The position numbers and the translations under genes are program-made. DNA of 30,339 bases from a virus: positions 1-30,339 of the IMG/VR virus record IMGVR_UViG_3300045988_111924. One strand, given 5' to 3'. The notes under the pieces are model-generated. The model did not search any database, was not told the origin of the DNA, and saw only the letters and a program-made list of their open reading frames with translations. Positions 19,666 through 27,548 of this stretch are shown here, piece by piece; position 1 is the first letter of the stretch, and every line of letters starts with the position of its first letter.

Positions 19666-19904
19666 TATCTTACATTATGAATTTTTAAGGTTACATCACA
19701 ATACTGTTCATATAATTCAGATACTTCTGAACTTCCAGGATTATACCACATTACAGAGTCTAATTTATGCTGAAGTTCTGCCTGTTCTAATCTAAGCTCA
19801 AATGTTTTAGTTTGGTAGTCTCCATAAGCATTATATACTCTAATACCAGCTATAATAAAGCTAAGTACTAATAATCCAGCTAATATTTTATTTATCTTTT
19901 TCAT
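19665..19904 (-). CDS. Small membrane-anchored protein (79 aa)
   Basis: I trimmed the track ORF to the ATG at 19902-19904, giving MKKINKILAGLLVLSFIIAG, which looks like a signal anchor. The TAA stop overlaps the next ATG. Confidence 0.45.
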   Translation of the reverse strand: MKKINKILAGLLVLSFIIAGIRVYNAYGDYQTKTFELRLEQAELQHKLDSVMWYNPGSSEVSELYEQYCDVTLKIHNVR

Positions 19905-19915
19905 AATTAAATATA

Positions 19916-20095
19916 TTAGAAAGAAATACCTAAACCAAAAAACCAAGAGGATTTCTTTACCTTTTCATTGGTTTCAATCTCCTTTAATGCCTCATTACAT
20001 AATTCTTGAGCTTTCTCAATAGAACCATCTTCAGTAATCTTACCATCTAATATATCAAGAAAATATTCAAGTGCTTCAATTTGTTTAGTTTTCAT
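19916..20095 (-). CDS. Hypothetical small protein (59 aa), first gene of the minus-strand early block
   Basis: ATG at 20093-20095, TAA at 19916. It lies about 46 nt downstream of the minus-strand promoter motif. It falls just under the apparent length cut-off of the track. Confidence 0.4.
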   Translation of the reverse strand: MKTKQIEALEYFLDILDGKITEDGSIEKAQELCNEALKEIETNEKVKKSSWFFGLGISF

Positions 20096-20393
20096 AATTT
20101 ATAAAGTTTAATTGTTAATATTATGTCTTACTTTCATAGTACAAATATACAACAAAAAATTCCAATTTCCAAATTTTTTAGGTATTATTTTTATTATTTT
20201 CAAAAAAATATTACTATTTGTATTTTTTAGTGCTAAAAATTTTGTAGATTAAAAAATTATTCTTATATTTGTAGTGTGATAATAAAAATACAATTTTAAA
20301 TAAAAACAATGCTTAAATTATTTGGATTTTAAATAAAAATGTTGTATATTTGTACTATCAAAATAGATTATTATAATTAAAATTTTAAAGACT
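20096..20393. promoter_or_regulatory. Divergent early control region with three Bacteroides-type promoter motifs
   Basis: Plus strand: TTTG (20241-20244), 19 nt, TATATTTG (20264-20271). Plus strand: TTTG (20321-20324), 20 nt, TATATTTG (20345-20352). Minus strand: TTTG (complement of 20170-20173), 20 nt, TATATTTG (complement of 20142-20149). The 18-mer gttgtatatttgtactat occurs at 20341-20358 and inverted at 20136-20153. The same sequences can also be read as TTGnnn-N16/17-TATATT, a sigma70-like pattern. Confidence 0.55.
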
Positions 20394-20549
20394 ATGAAAA
20401 ATTCGATTAAAAACAATGGAACAATTATTATTGAAGATAATACAATTAAGAGCACTATGGAGAATTCAATTCCTTGTTCTGATGAACAATTTGCTAACTT
20501 ATTAGCTAACTCTCCTACAATTGCAGCTTATTTTAGTAAAAATAAGTAA
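20394..20549 (+). CDS. Hypothetical small protein (51 aa)
   Basis: ATG at 20394, TAA at 20547-20549. Followed by an intrinsic terminator. Confidence 0.4.
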   Translation: MKNSIKNNGTIIIEDNTIKSTMENSIPCSDEQFANLLANSPTIAAYFSKNK

Positions 20550-20563
20550 TTCTACTACTTCTA

Positions 20564-20589
20564 GGCAGGTGAAAGTCCTGCCACTTTTT
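20564..20589 (+). terminator. Rho-independent terminator
   Basis: Sequence is ggcagg-tgaaagt-cctgcc, followed by acttttt. Confidence 0.6.
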
Positions 20590-20599
20590 AATATTAAGG

Positions 20600-20648
20600 T
20601 GTCAACTTTTTACTCACCTGATGTGTATAGATAAAATAAAAATAGACA
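20600..20648. promoter_or_regulatory. Conserved quasi-palindromic intergenic element, copy C
   Basis: Sequence is tgtcaactttttactcacctgatgtgtatagataaaataaaaatagaca. It ends 26 nt upstream of the helicase ATG. Confidence 0.7.
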
Positions 20649-20673
20649 ATTAATAACCAAAATTATTACAACT

Positions 20674-22392
20674 ATGAAAACATATTTAAATGAAATTATT
20701 AATGAGTTGCCAACTAACTGTTTATTTGATAAAGGAAAAGTTGGATGTGGAGGAACTTCAATGGCAATTGAATGCAATAAGCCTTATGTTATTTGTGTTC
20801 CATTTACTAGCTTAGTTGAAAATAAACTTCAACAATATCCAAATGAAAGACGTACTGAGAAGATATTTGGAGTTTATGCTGGTGTTACTATTAAAGAGAT
20901 TAAAGATTATGTAGATAGTGTTAAATGCCCTAAAATCATTGTTACCTATGATTCTCTTTATAAAGTTATTTCTGCAATTAATCCTAAAGAGTTTAGCATT
21001 TTAATTGATGAATATCATATTCTCTTTAATCAGTATAGCTTTAGAAGCTCTGCTATTCAATCAGTGCTTAAATATTATAAATTATTTGGTAATTTTACAT
21101 TTATGACCGCAACACCTTTAGAGGAAGAGTTTGTATTAGATGAATTAAAAGATTTAGAATTAGTAAAGCAGGAATGGGATGATGTTATAGATGTAAAAGT
21201 GCAAACTGTTAAATGTGATAATGTAGAAGCTTCTACTATTAAACTTATAAATGGATTTTTAAACGGACAGGTTGAAGGTAACGCCTACATATTCGTTAAT
21301 TCAGTAGACTTTATAAAGAACCTTATTAAGAAAGCCAAATTAACATCTAATAATACCAGAGTTATATATTCCAAAAACAATAAAACTAAACTGTCAATTC
21401 CTAATTCAACAGTCTTAGATGAACCTAAGAAAATAAACTTATTAACTTCAACTGTATTTGAAGGTTCAGATATTTATGATGAAAATGGAAGGATAATAAT
21501 TATATCTGATCCAAGTAAAGCTAATACATTACTTGATATATCAACTTCTATACAGCAGATTGCTGGTAGAATTAGAAATAGTAAATATATTAATTGGATA
21601 ACTCACATTTATTCTACAACAAGATATGCTGATATATCTTATGAAGAATTTAAAAAGCTTAATATCCAGAATATTGAAGAAACTAAAATTGCTGTAGAAG
21701 CATACAATAAACTTCCAGAGATAGCTAAAAAGAAACTTAGAGAATTTACTTCTGATGCATACATTAAATTAAATTGGGATGATGTATTTGAATTTGACCC
21801 TAATATGGCTAAAATTGATTTATTTAATTTTAAAGTATCTAGAGGACTGTATTCTGCTAGAGCTAATCTTTCTAAGGAATATATTAATAAAGGATTCAAT
21901 AAAGTGGTAGAACAATACGATAATTCTATAAAAATAGATCTAAATACTAAAACAAAAGCATTTAAAGATATAATTAAAGAAGTAAGAGGGGAATATGAAA
22001 CTTTATATAAATTAAACACACCAAAATTAGATGATGCTCTTATTAAATACCCTTGGTTAATGGATGCTATTACTAAACTTGGATTCAATAAAATGGCCAC
22101 TCTAAAATACTGTATTACTAAAATAAAAGATGAACTTATTAAAACTTCAGATAAATCTGTAGATAATAAAGTAGCAAATAAACTTAATAAAGATATAACT
22201 TTAGGTATGTGGTATTCTAATACTGATATTAAAAAGATACTACAAAAAGCTTATGATTTAGTTAATAAAACTAATGCTAAAGCTACTGATATTACAAAAT
22301 ATTATGAAGTTAAGGTAACTAAAAAATCAGTGAATGGAAACAGATCTTATGGATATACTATTATAGGTAAAAAGTATGTCTTTAAAAATTAG
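20674..22392 (+). CDS. SF2 (DExH-type) helicase-like replication protein (572 aa)
   Basis: Intact ORF. Motif I-like GKVGCGGTS, motif II LIDEYH, motif III MTATP, motif V-like TSTVFEGSD and motif VI-like QQIAGRIRN. All 5 Trp are TGG and there is no TGA. Stop is TAG. Confidence 0.65.
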   Translation: MKTYLNEIINELPTNCLFDKGKVGCGGTSMAIECNKPYVICVPFTSLVENKLQQYPNERRTEKIFGVYAGVTIKEIKDYVDSVKCPKIIVTYDSLYKVISAINPKEFSILIDEYHILFNQYSFRSSAIQSVLKYYKLFGNFTFMTATPLEEEFVLDELKDLELVKQEWDDVIDVKVQTVKCDNVEASTIKLINGFLNGQVEGNAYIFVNSVDFIKNLIKKAKLTSNNTRVIYSKNNKTKLSIPNSTVLDEPKKINLLTSTVFEGSDIYDENGRIIIISDPSKANTLLDISTSIQQIAGRIRNSKYINWITHIYSTTRYADISYEEFKKLNIQNIEETKIAVEAYNKLPEIAKKKLREFTSDAYIKLNWDDVFEFDPNMAKIDLFNFKVSRGLYSARANLSKEYINKGFNKVVEQYDNSIKIDLNTKTKAFKDIIKEVRGEYETLYKLNTPKLDDALIKYPWLMDAITKLGFNKMATLKYCITKIKDELIKTSDKSVDNKVANKLNKDITLGMWYSNTDIKKILQKAYDLVNKTNAKATDITKYYEVKVTKKSVNGNRSYGYTIIGKKYVFKN

Positions 22393-22394
22393 TA

Positions 22395-22444
22395 TGTCTA
22401 TTTTTATTTTTATCTATATACATTAGTTGAGTAAAAAATAGACA
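22395..22444. promoter_or_regulatory. Conserved quasi-palindromic intergenic element, copy D (inverted relative to A, B, C and E)
   Basis: Sequence is tgtctatttttatttttatctatatacattagttgagtaaaaaatagaca. Its reverse complement matches copy C at 44 of 49 positions plus one 1-nt indel. It begins 3 nt after the helicase stop. Confidence 0.7.
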
Positions 22445-22464
22445 TTTATTAAAATATTTTAATT

Positions 22465-22626
22465 ATGGAAAATGATATTAAAGAAACAATTAAACAAACA
22501 GAAGAGTATATTAAAGAGTTAGATAGATGAATTCTCGAATGTAAAGAGGCTACTAAAAGATTTGGTGATATTATAGACAAAGTATTAAAAAATAAAGATT
22601 ATATGTTTATTTCTAAATTTGATTAA
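22465..22626 (+). CDS. Hypothetical small protein (53 aa)
   Basis: ATG at 22465, TAA at 22624. One in-frame TGA at 22528 (ELDR-W-ILECK). Under the standard code it would be only 21 aa. Confidence 0.4.
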
Positions 22627-22628
22627 TT

Positions 22629-22769
22629 ATGGATGATCATTTATTTAAAAAGCTTGAAGAACTAGAATACAGAATAGTTCAACTAGAAAACCAGAATAGA
22701 GGTTTAGTTTGGGAAGAAGTAGAAGAAATACCAAAACCAGAAATTACTAATGCAACATATACTGATTAA
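22629..22769 (+). CDS. Hypothetical small protein (46 aa)
   Basis: ATG at 22629, 2 nt after the previous stop. TAA at 22767. Coiled-coil-like sequence. Confidence 0.35.
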   Translation: MDDHLFKKLEELEYRIVQLENQNRGLVWEEVEEIPKPEITNATYTD

Positions 22770-22770
22770 T

Positions 22771-22911
22771 ATGAAATACCAAACCTATAAAGTATGTATA
22801 AATGGAGTGCATTATGTATATGTAATACCAGAAAATAGTAAGTTTTTAGTAGACTTACAAACAGGAGATTTAATACCTAAAGATGAGAAATTATTTGAGA
22901 TAATGGAATAA
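22771..22911 (+). CDS. Hypothetical small protein (46 aa)
   Basis: ATG at 22771, 1 nt after the previous stop. TAA at 22909. Followed by a terminator. Confidence 0.35.
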   Translation: MKYQTYKVCINGVHYVYVIPENSKFLVDLQTGDLIPKDEKLFEIME

Positions 22912-22915
22912 ACAA

Positions 22916-22940
22916 AAAGGAGGGTTATTTGCCCTCCTTT
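22916..22940. terminator. Bidirectional intrinsic terminator between convergent gene blocks
   Basis: Sequence is aaaggaggg-ttatttg-ccctccttt, with an A-run on the left and ttctttttt on the right. It lies between the plus-strand stop at 22911 and the minus-strand stop at 22950. Confidence 0.75.
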
Positions 22941-22949
22941 TCTTTTTTA

Positions 22950-23540
22950 TTAAACATATCTTCACTTGAATCCTTTTACTTTATATCCTTCTCTAATTGC
23001 TTTAGAAATAGAATTTTTATGAACTCCAACATCTAAAGAAGTACTAACAGCACAATCATATTCTTTAATAAGAACATCATCTTTATATGCACCTACTTTT
23101 TTGGCTCTAGGATTATTGCCAAAAGAATTATTTAAATAGCTCAAATCTCTTCCTTTCTGGCTATCACTCATCTTTTTCCTAGTTTCTTCTGATAGATGTC
23201 TTCCAATACTTTTAGCTCTTATCTTATCTTTTCTTTCTTGAGTAAATATAATTCCACAAGTACCGTCTCCTCCATCAGTAGCATTATACCCATATTTTGG
23301 ATTTCTAGTATTATACTTATAAATCAGAATCTTTTCTAAAGTCTTAGCACAAGCTTCTGGAAGATTATCTCTAATTATAATATGCTCAAAATTATCTCAA
23401 CCATATTTTTTAATTGCTTTATAAAATGGCTGCTTTTTGTAACCTGTACCATTAGCTCATCTTATTTCAGGTTTCTTACAGGTAATACCAAAATATAATT
23501 TATTATTAGTTTTATTCTTATGATAGTAAAGAGAATACAT
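22950..23540 (-). CDS. GIY-YIG homing endonuclease (196 aa), second copy of this class
   Basis: Track ORF 22962..23171 is only the C-terminal fragment. The frame is open from the ATG at 23538-23540 through TGA at 23457, 23397 and 22962 to TAA at 22950. Reads YYHKNKTNNKLYFGIT...EIR-W-ANGTGYKKQPFYKAIKKYG-W-DNFEH...GFK-W-RYV. The KYGWDNF and RW positions are conserved Trp in this family. Confidence 0.8.
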
Positions 23541-23986
23541 TATACTAATGTGAAATATTGGTTCTTTAAATTATTAGGATTATATGAAATATGCCATCAA
23601 GAAGGCACTCCTTTTTTAGGTTTTTCTCTTATTATTTGTGAGAATTTAATAGTTGGAATTAATTGCTCAATAAACTTATCAAATTCTTCCATTCTTTTAT
23701 TTGCAGGTTTTAAATCAGCAGCAAATCCTCATAAATGATCCGAGGTTTTAGATCCACCAACTGCTTTATTTAAAAGATTACTTCTATAACCTGATGTTAC
23801 TATTATAGCAGGATTACCGAGATTGTTGTCATTGCAATATTTTGCCCACTTTTCTCTCATAGTATCCAATAAATTATCAACTAATATATTCAGGTTTGAA
23901 ATTGTTTTTTCATCTGGAGTATTATCAATGCCTTTTTGTTCAGCAGTTGTAGATCTTGTTAATTCGCTAATAGTAAAATATTTCAT
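23540..23986 (-). CDS. Endolysin, Peptidase_M15-type (148 aa)
   Basis: Track ORF 23729..23986 continues through TGA at 23729 and 23597 to TAA at 23540. The SxHxxGxAxD zinc-peptidase motif reads S-D-H-L-(TGA)-G-F-A-A-D. The start overlaps the holin stop. Confidence 0.75.
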
Positions 23987-24147
23987 TATTTAATAATATC
24001 TTTAAGCATAGTATAACGGTAAAATAAATGACATCCTGCACCAAGTGCTATGAGTACTAATGTAATCCAAAATGGAATTACTTTTACAATTAAAAAGACT
24101 AAGATTATAATTACTATTGCTATTAAATATTTCATCCAATATTTCAT
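23986..24147 (-). CDS. Holin candidate (53 aa, two hydrophobic helices)
   Basis: ATG at 24145-24147. Sequence is MKYWMKYLIAIVIIILVFLIVKVIPFWITLVLIALGAGCHLFYRYTMLKDIIK. The TAA stop overlaps the endolysin ATG (TAATG). Confidence 0.5.
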   Translation of the reverse strand: MKYWMKYLIAIVIIILVFLIVKVIPFWITLVLIALGAGCHLFYRYTMLKDIIK

Positions 24148-24150
24148 AAC

Positions 24151-24804
24151 TTATTTATTTAAAATTATACTTATTTTAATTCCTGCATCTCTTAGTTTTA
24201 CTCAAGTATCAACTGGCATCTCATTATCACAATAAGATAATCCTAAAATTCCAATATCTCTATCTTCTGATTTTAAATAGAATATTGCAATCTTATTAAC
24301 CTCATTAGATTTAAATGCATAATACATTCTTCTATCTAATTCCTTTATATCTTCAACATCTCCAAATCATCCTCCTTTTTTAGATGTTTCCAATATAAAT
24401 AAATAATCAGATAATAGGAAGTCTTTATAGTGACTTGAAACTGGAGCAACTCCAGGTTCTGTTTCTTCACTATTCATAATTCCATAAGTGAATGGTAATC
24501 CTCCTAATCCTGAAGTGCCATTATGATACTCAATAACTCAAGCTCTATCTGCATTCGTATCATTTAAAAGATCTTTAAGGATATATCTAACCTTAAGATC
24601 CGCTTCTTGTCGTATTACTTGATTAGTATTATGAACTGTTTCTATATAACTTACAACTTTATCATATATTATTCCTGGATTAGTACTTATAATTATTACA
24701 TAAGAAATAAATATAAATCCAAATCCGCCTTTAATTATTTTTCACAGTCCATATTTATCTACTCATTCTAATACCTTTCCAAACCAGTTTAATTTATTTT
24801 CCAT
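24151..24804 (-). CDS. Membrane-anchored protein of unknown function (217 aa), upstream of the holin
   Basis: Absent from the standard-code track. ATG at 24802-24804, TAA at 24151. Five in-frame TGA at 24763, 24742, 24538, 24367 and 24202. N-terminal hydrophobic helix GGFGFIFISYVIIIS. Confidence 0.6.
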
Positions 24805-25229
24805 TACATATTATCTTCGCATACTCCAATAATATTGTCTACAGCTAAATCAACTCTAACAAATACTCCAGTGCAAATATCTTTGAACTTCTGATAAAAT
24901 GGAGTAAAAATTAAAGGATAAGAAATATCAACTTCTGGATATTGGTTATTAAATCGGTTAATTATATTAGTTAATGCTAATATTCCAGCTGATTGCTCTT
25001 CAAGCTGATTATTATCAGTCTCATCCCATCTTGCTATAAAATAGAGATTTAAAGAGTAAGTAATAGTATCCTCATCCATATTAAATGTATTTGGAGTTAT
25101 ATAAAATACATTATATTCAATAGTTGGGATACTATTAAGTTCATATATATCCTTACTTCCTACAAAATTAATATTGGGTTCTTCAAGAGCACAAGCTTTT
25201 AAATTGTTTATTAATTCAAAATACGTCAT
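24804..25229 (-). CDS. Hypothetical virion-associated protein (141 aa)
   Basis: I trimmed the track ORF to the ATG at 25227-25229 (MTYFELINN...), which lies 1 nt after the upstream stop at 25231. TAA at 24804. Confidence 0.45.
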   Translation of the reverse strand: MTYFELINNLKACALEEPNINFVGSKDIYELNSIPTIEYNVFYITPNTFNMDEDTITYSLNLYFIARWDETDNNQLEEQSAGILALTNIINRFNNQYPEVDISYPLIFTPFYQKFKDICTGVFVRVDLAVDNIIGVCEDNM

Positions 25230-25230
25230 T

Positions 25231-25911
25231 TTACTTACTCTTTTTATTGTTATCACTTGAAGGGAAATCATAAGCTCTTTGCAGAGGACCTTCACAAGAA
25301 TTATATCTCCAACCTTTACCTCTAGCTCCACCTAACCAAATAGTACAAGATGAACTTGAATACATATTTGGATACATATCTTTAAGAGGTTTATAAGAAT
25401 ACAATTCAGGAAAATCATTATAATATGTAATTACCCAATTTTGCAATCTAGTTTTAAAGAAATCTGCTTTATCTCTATAATACTTCTTAATAAGATTAAC
25501 TTGATTAATATCAGAAGTTAAATCTTTCTCATCATCAGTCCTCATAACCCCAAAGTTACTAAGCTTAAATGAGATGGGTATAGTAATCTCACTTAATACT
25601 TGATAAAGTAAATAAGGCTGAATATAGTAATCTAGCAATTCTTTATATCTATGATTTTCTGGGTCATCTATTGAAGTAGGATCATAAATAGGAGGTTCTA
25701 TTGGATGAACTGGTTTATTTGGATCTTTTCAATCAATTACTAATTTCTGAATCTTTTCTAAGAGCTTAGTTCCAATTAATGACTGAAGCTCAATATCTTG
25801 TGCACTAAAAATTGCTGATTGCAAGTACTTTCCCGATACATTATTATCTAGACTAGAATTAGATTTAATATAGTCTTCGGATATAAGCATTACGTTTCTA
25901 TAACTATTCAT
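25231..25911 (-). CDS. Head-tail connector or head-completion candidate (226 aa)
   Basis: Track ORFs 25729..25911 and 25231..25638 share a frame and are joined through TGA at 25729 (KLVID-W-KDPNKP). Position is directly downstream of the portal gene. The function call is weak. Confidence 0.4.
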
Positions 25912-25975
25912 AACTAAATTTATTATTTTTATAAAGTCTGTTTTCTTTTAAAGCTAGATTCTTATGACTGTATAA

Positions 25976-27067
25976 TTATTCAACATTTTCTGCATTATCT
26001 GACATTCCTTTTGGAGTTAAACTAAATGGTTCAATAGTAATGCTATTCTTAATACCGAAGATTTTATCAAATGAATCACAAATTTCTGATTGTATTGGGC
26101 GTACAAAAGTACGATTATATAGCTTAAATGCTTCATTAAACTCATTTTCATTAAATCCTGAGCTATAGTTTAAACCGAACAACGAAGGATTAGCTCTGAA
26201 GGCACAGAATATTTGATCTCTGGTTCTCTCAGATAATGATTGATATTTCTCATCAAAATCATCAGAATCTAATCTTTCAATAGTAGTCTTATTTGCCTCA
26301 TCTGCATTATATGAAATCAATATTCTGCCAGCATTCTGATAACCAGAGAACTTCTCATTAATATTCCTCTCAATCTCCTCTCTAATTTCATCTGTAGGTT
26401 CCCCATTATTAAAGTTAATAATAAGATTACCCATAAATCCATTATTGATGTTATTTAAATGGAATTCATTAATATTTTTCTCAGTTTCACAAGATAAAAT
26501 AGCAGCTCCATAAACAGGAATAGGATATACTCCTCTTGTTATATAACCTTTATTATAAAATATACTAGCTGGATTTTCATCCCCAGCTCCAAATTTTGGA
26601 TATTTTATAGCTTTTACAGACCAAGCTGTCCAATCAGTTGCATAATATAATATATCATTCTTTTCGCTTGACCTTACATTCATAAAATCAATATGATATA
26701 TCTCTGCAACTCTTCCGAGCATATCTCTAATTACTTGGATAGCATAACCTCCAAATATCATCTTATCAATAGTGATTTTTCTCATTATATCAACTATTGT
26801 TTCACCTTTCTTGTTTACAACTACTTCAAATCCTGGAGCATTACATTTAACATCGTTACCAACAATAAAGTCAGCAGAACCATTAATAATGGATTGGAGA
26901 GTGGCAACATTTAAATATAAATCCCATAGATATAATGGATATTTGTTATCTTCTCCCCACATTATCATATCAGAACCTCTTTTCTTTGTTTCCGTTGGAA
27001 GAACGATGTTAGATTGAATGAAAGGATCTATGGCTGACATCATTATTTTACTTTTATTTTCGCTCAT
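25976..27067 (-). CDS. Portal protein (363 aa)
   Basis: Intact ORF. The N-terminal W-x-x-DN-x-YP-x-x-L-x-x-L...S-x-x-L-x-SII-x-G pattern and the overall length resemble PBSX/HK97-type portals. All 4 Trp are TGG. Confidence 0.65.
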   Translation of the reverse strand: MSENKSKIMMSAIDPFIQSNIVLPTETKKRGSDMIMWGEDNKYPLYLWDLYLNVATLQSIINGSADFIVGNDVKCNAPGFEVVVNKKGETIVDIMRKITIDKMIFGGYAIQVIRDMLGRVAEIYHIDFMNVRSSEKNDILYYATDWTAWSVKAIKYPKFGAGDENPASIFYNKGYITRGVYPIPVYGAAILSCETEKNINEFHLNNINNGFMGNLIINFNNGEPTDEIREEIERNINEKFSGYQNAGRILISYNADEANKTTIERLDSDDFDEKYQSLSERTRDQIFCAFRANPSLFGLNYSSGFNENEFNEAFKLYNRTFVRPIQSEICDSFDKIFGIKNSITIEPFSLTPKGMSDNAENVE

Positions 27068-27446
27068 AACTTACGTATGTATTAGATTTATCATATTGAT
27101 AATTATTATTCTCATAATCTCCAATTCTTATTAATCCTGTTCCCAATATAGGTATTGGTTTACCAGCAACTAATATCTGAGTACCATTAGTAAGAGTATT
27201 ATTATATGTAACCAGAATAACTGGATTGCCATATAACTCTGATCTAAATGGATTGTTTACATCAACTATAACTTGAAATTTATTTGGATTAGTAAATAAA
27301 ATATATTGATATTCACCGTCTCTCATTCCTTCTTGAAGTGTAATATCAAACTTATAGTAGATATTCTCAGAATAATTCTGATTTTCAAGATCAAATGTAT
27401 AAACTTCTTTAGTAGTTGTATTTTGAAGAATTAAACTGTAGTTCAT
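27054..27446 (-). CDS. Hypothetical protein (130 aa)
   Basis: Intact ORF. It is the first gene after element copy E and overlaps the portal start by 14 nt. Confidence 0.45.
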   Translation of the reverse strand: MNYSLILQNTTTKEVYTFDLENQNYSENIYYKFDITLQEGMRDGEYQYILFTNPNKFQVIVDVNNPFRSELYGNPVILVTYNNTLTNGTQILVAGKPIPILGTGLIRIGDYENNNYQYDKSNTYVSYERK

Positions 27447-27522
27447 ATTTTACATAGTTTTACATTACTTTTACATATCTTTTTCTTAAAATATAAACCA
27501 ATTTACTAATGTATTAAAATAA

Positions 27523-27548
27523 TTAAAGGAGACCTAAGCCTCCTTTAA
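27523..27548 (-). terminator. Stem-loop adjacent to element copy E
   Basis: Sequence is ttaaaggag-acctaagc-ctcctttaa, a 9-bp stem. On the minus strand it is followed by aattattttaat. Confidence 0.5.

Noticed and set aside
21639-22100. Minus-strand ORF (153 aa) inside the helicase gene
   Set aside because: It lies antisense to a 572-aa ORF that has clear SF2 helicase motifs, and it has shadow-ORF composition.
20600-22444. The helicase cassette with about 50-bp inverted repeats interpreted as an insertion sequence or transposon
   Set aside because: There is no transposase or recombinase ORF inside or nearby, and I saw no target-site duplication. The same element also occurs singly at three other junctions. 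I kept it as a finding only in the weaker form (cassette or insulated gene).
23520-24235. Plus-strand ORFs 23520..23738 and 24050..24235
   Set aside because: They lie antisense to the endolysin/GIY-YIG junction and to the holin and membrane-protein genes. The minus-strand table-4 reading gives recognisable proteins there.
26693-27017. Plus-strand ORFs 26693..26914 and 26772..27017, and likewise 29134..29430
   Set aside because: They lie antisense to the portal gene and to the fibre and small-protein genes respectively. They are shadow ORFs.
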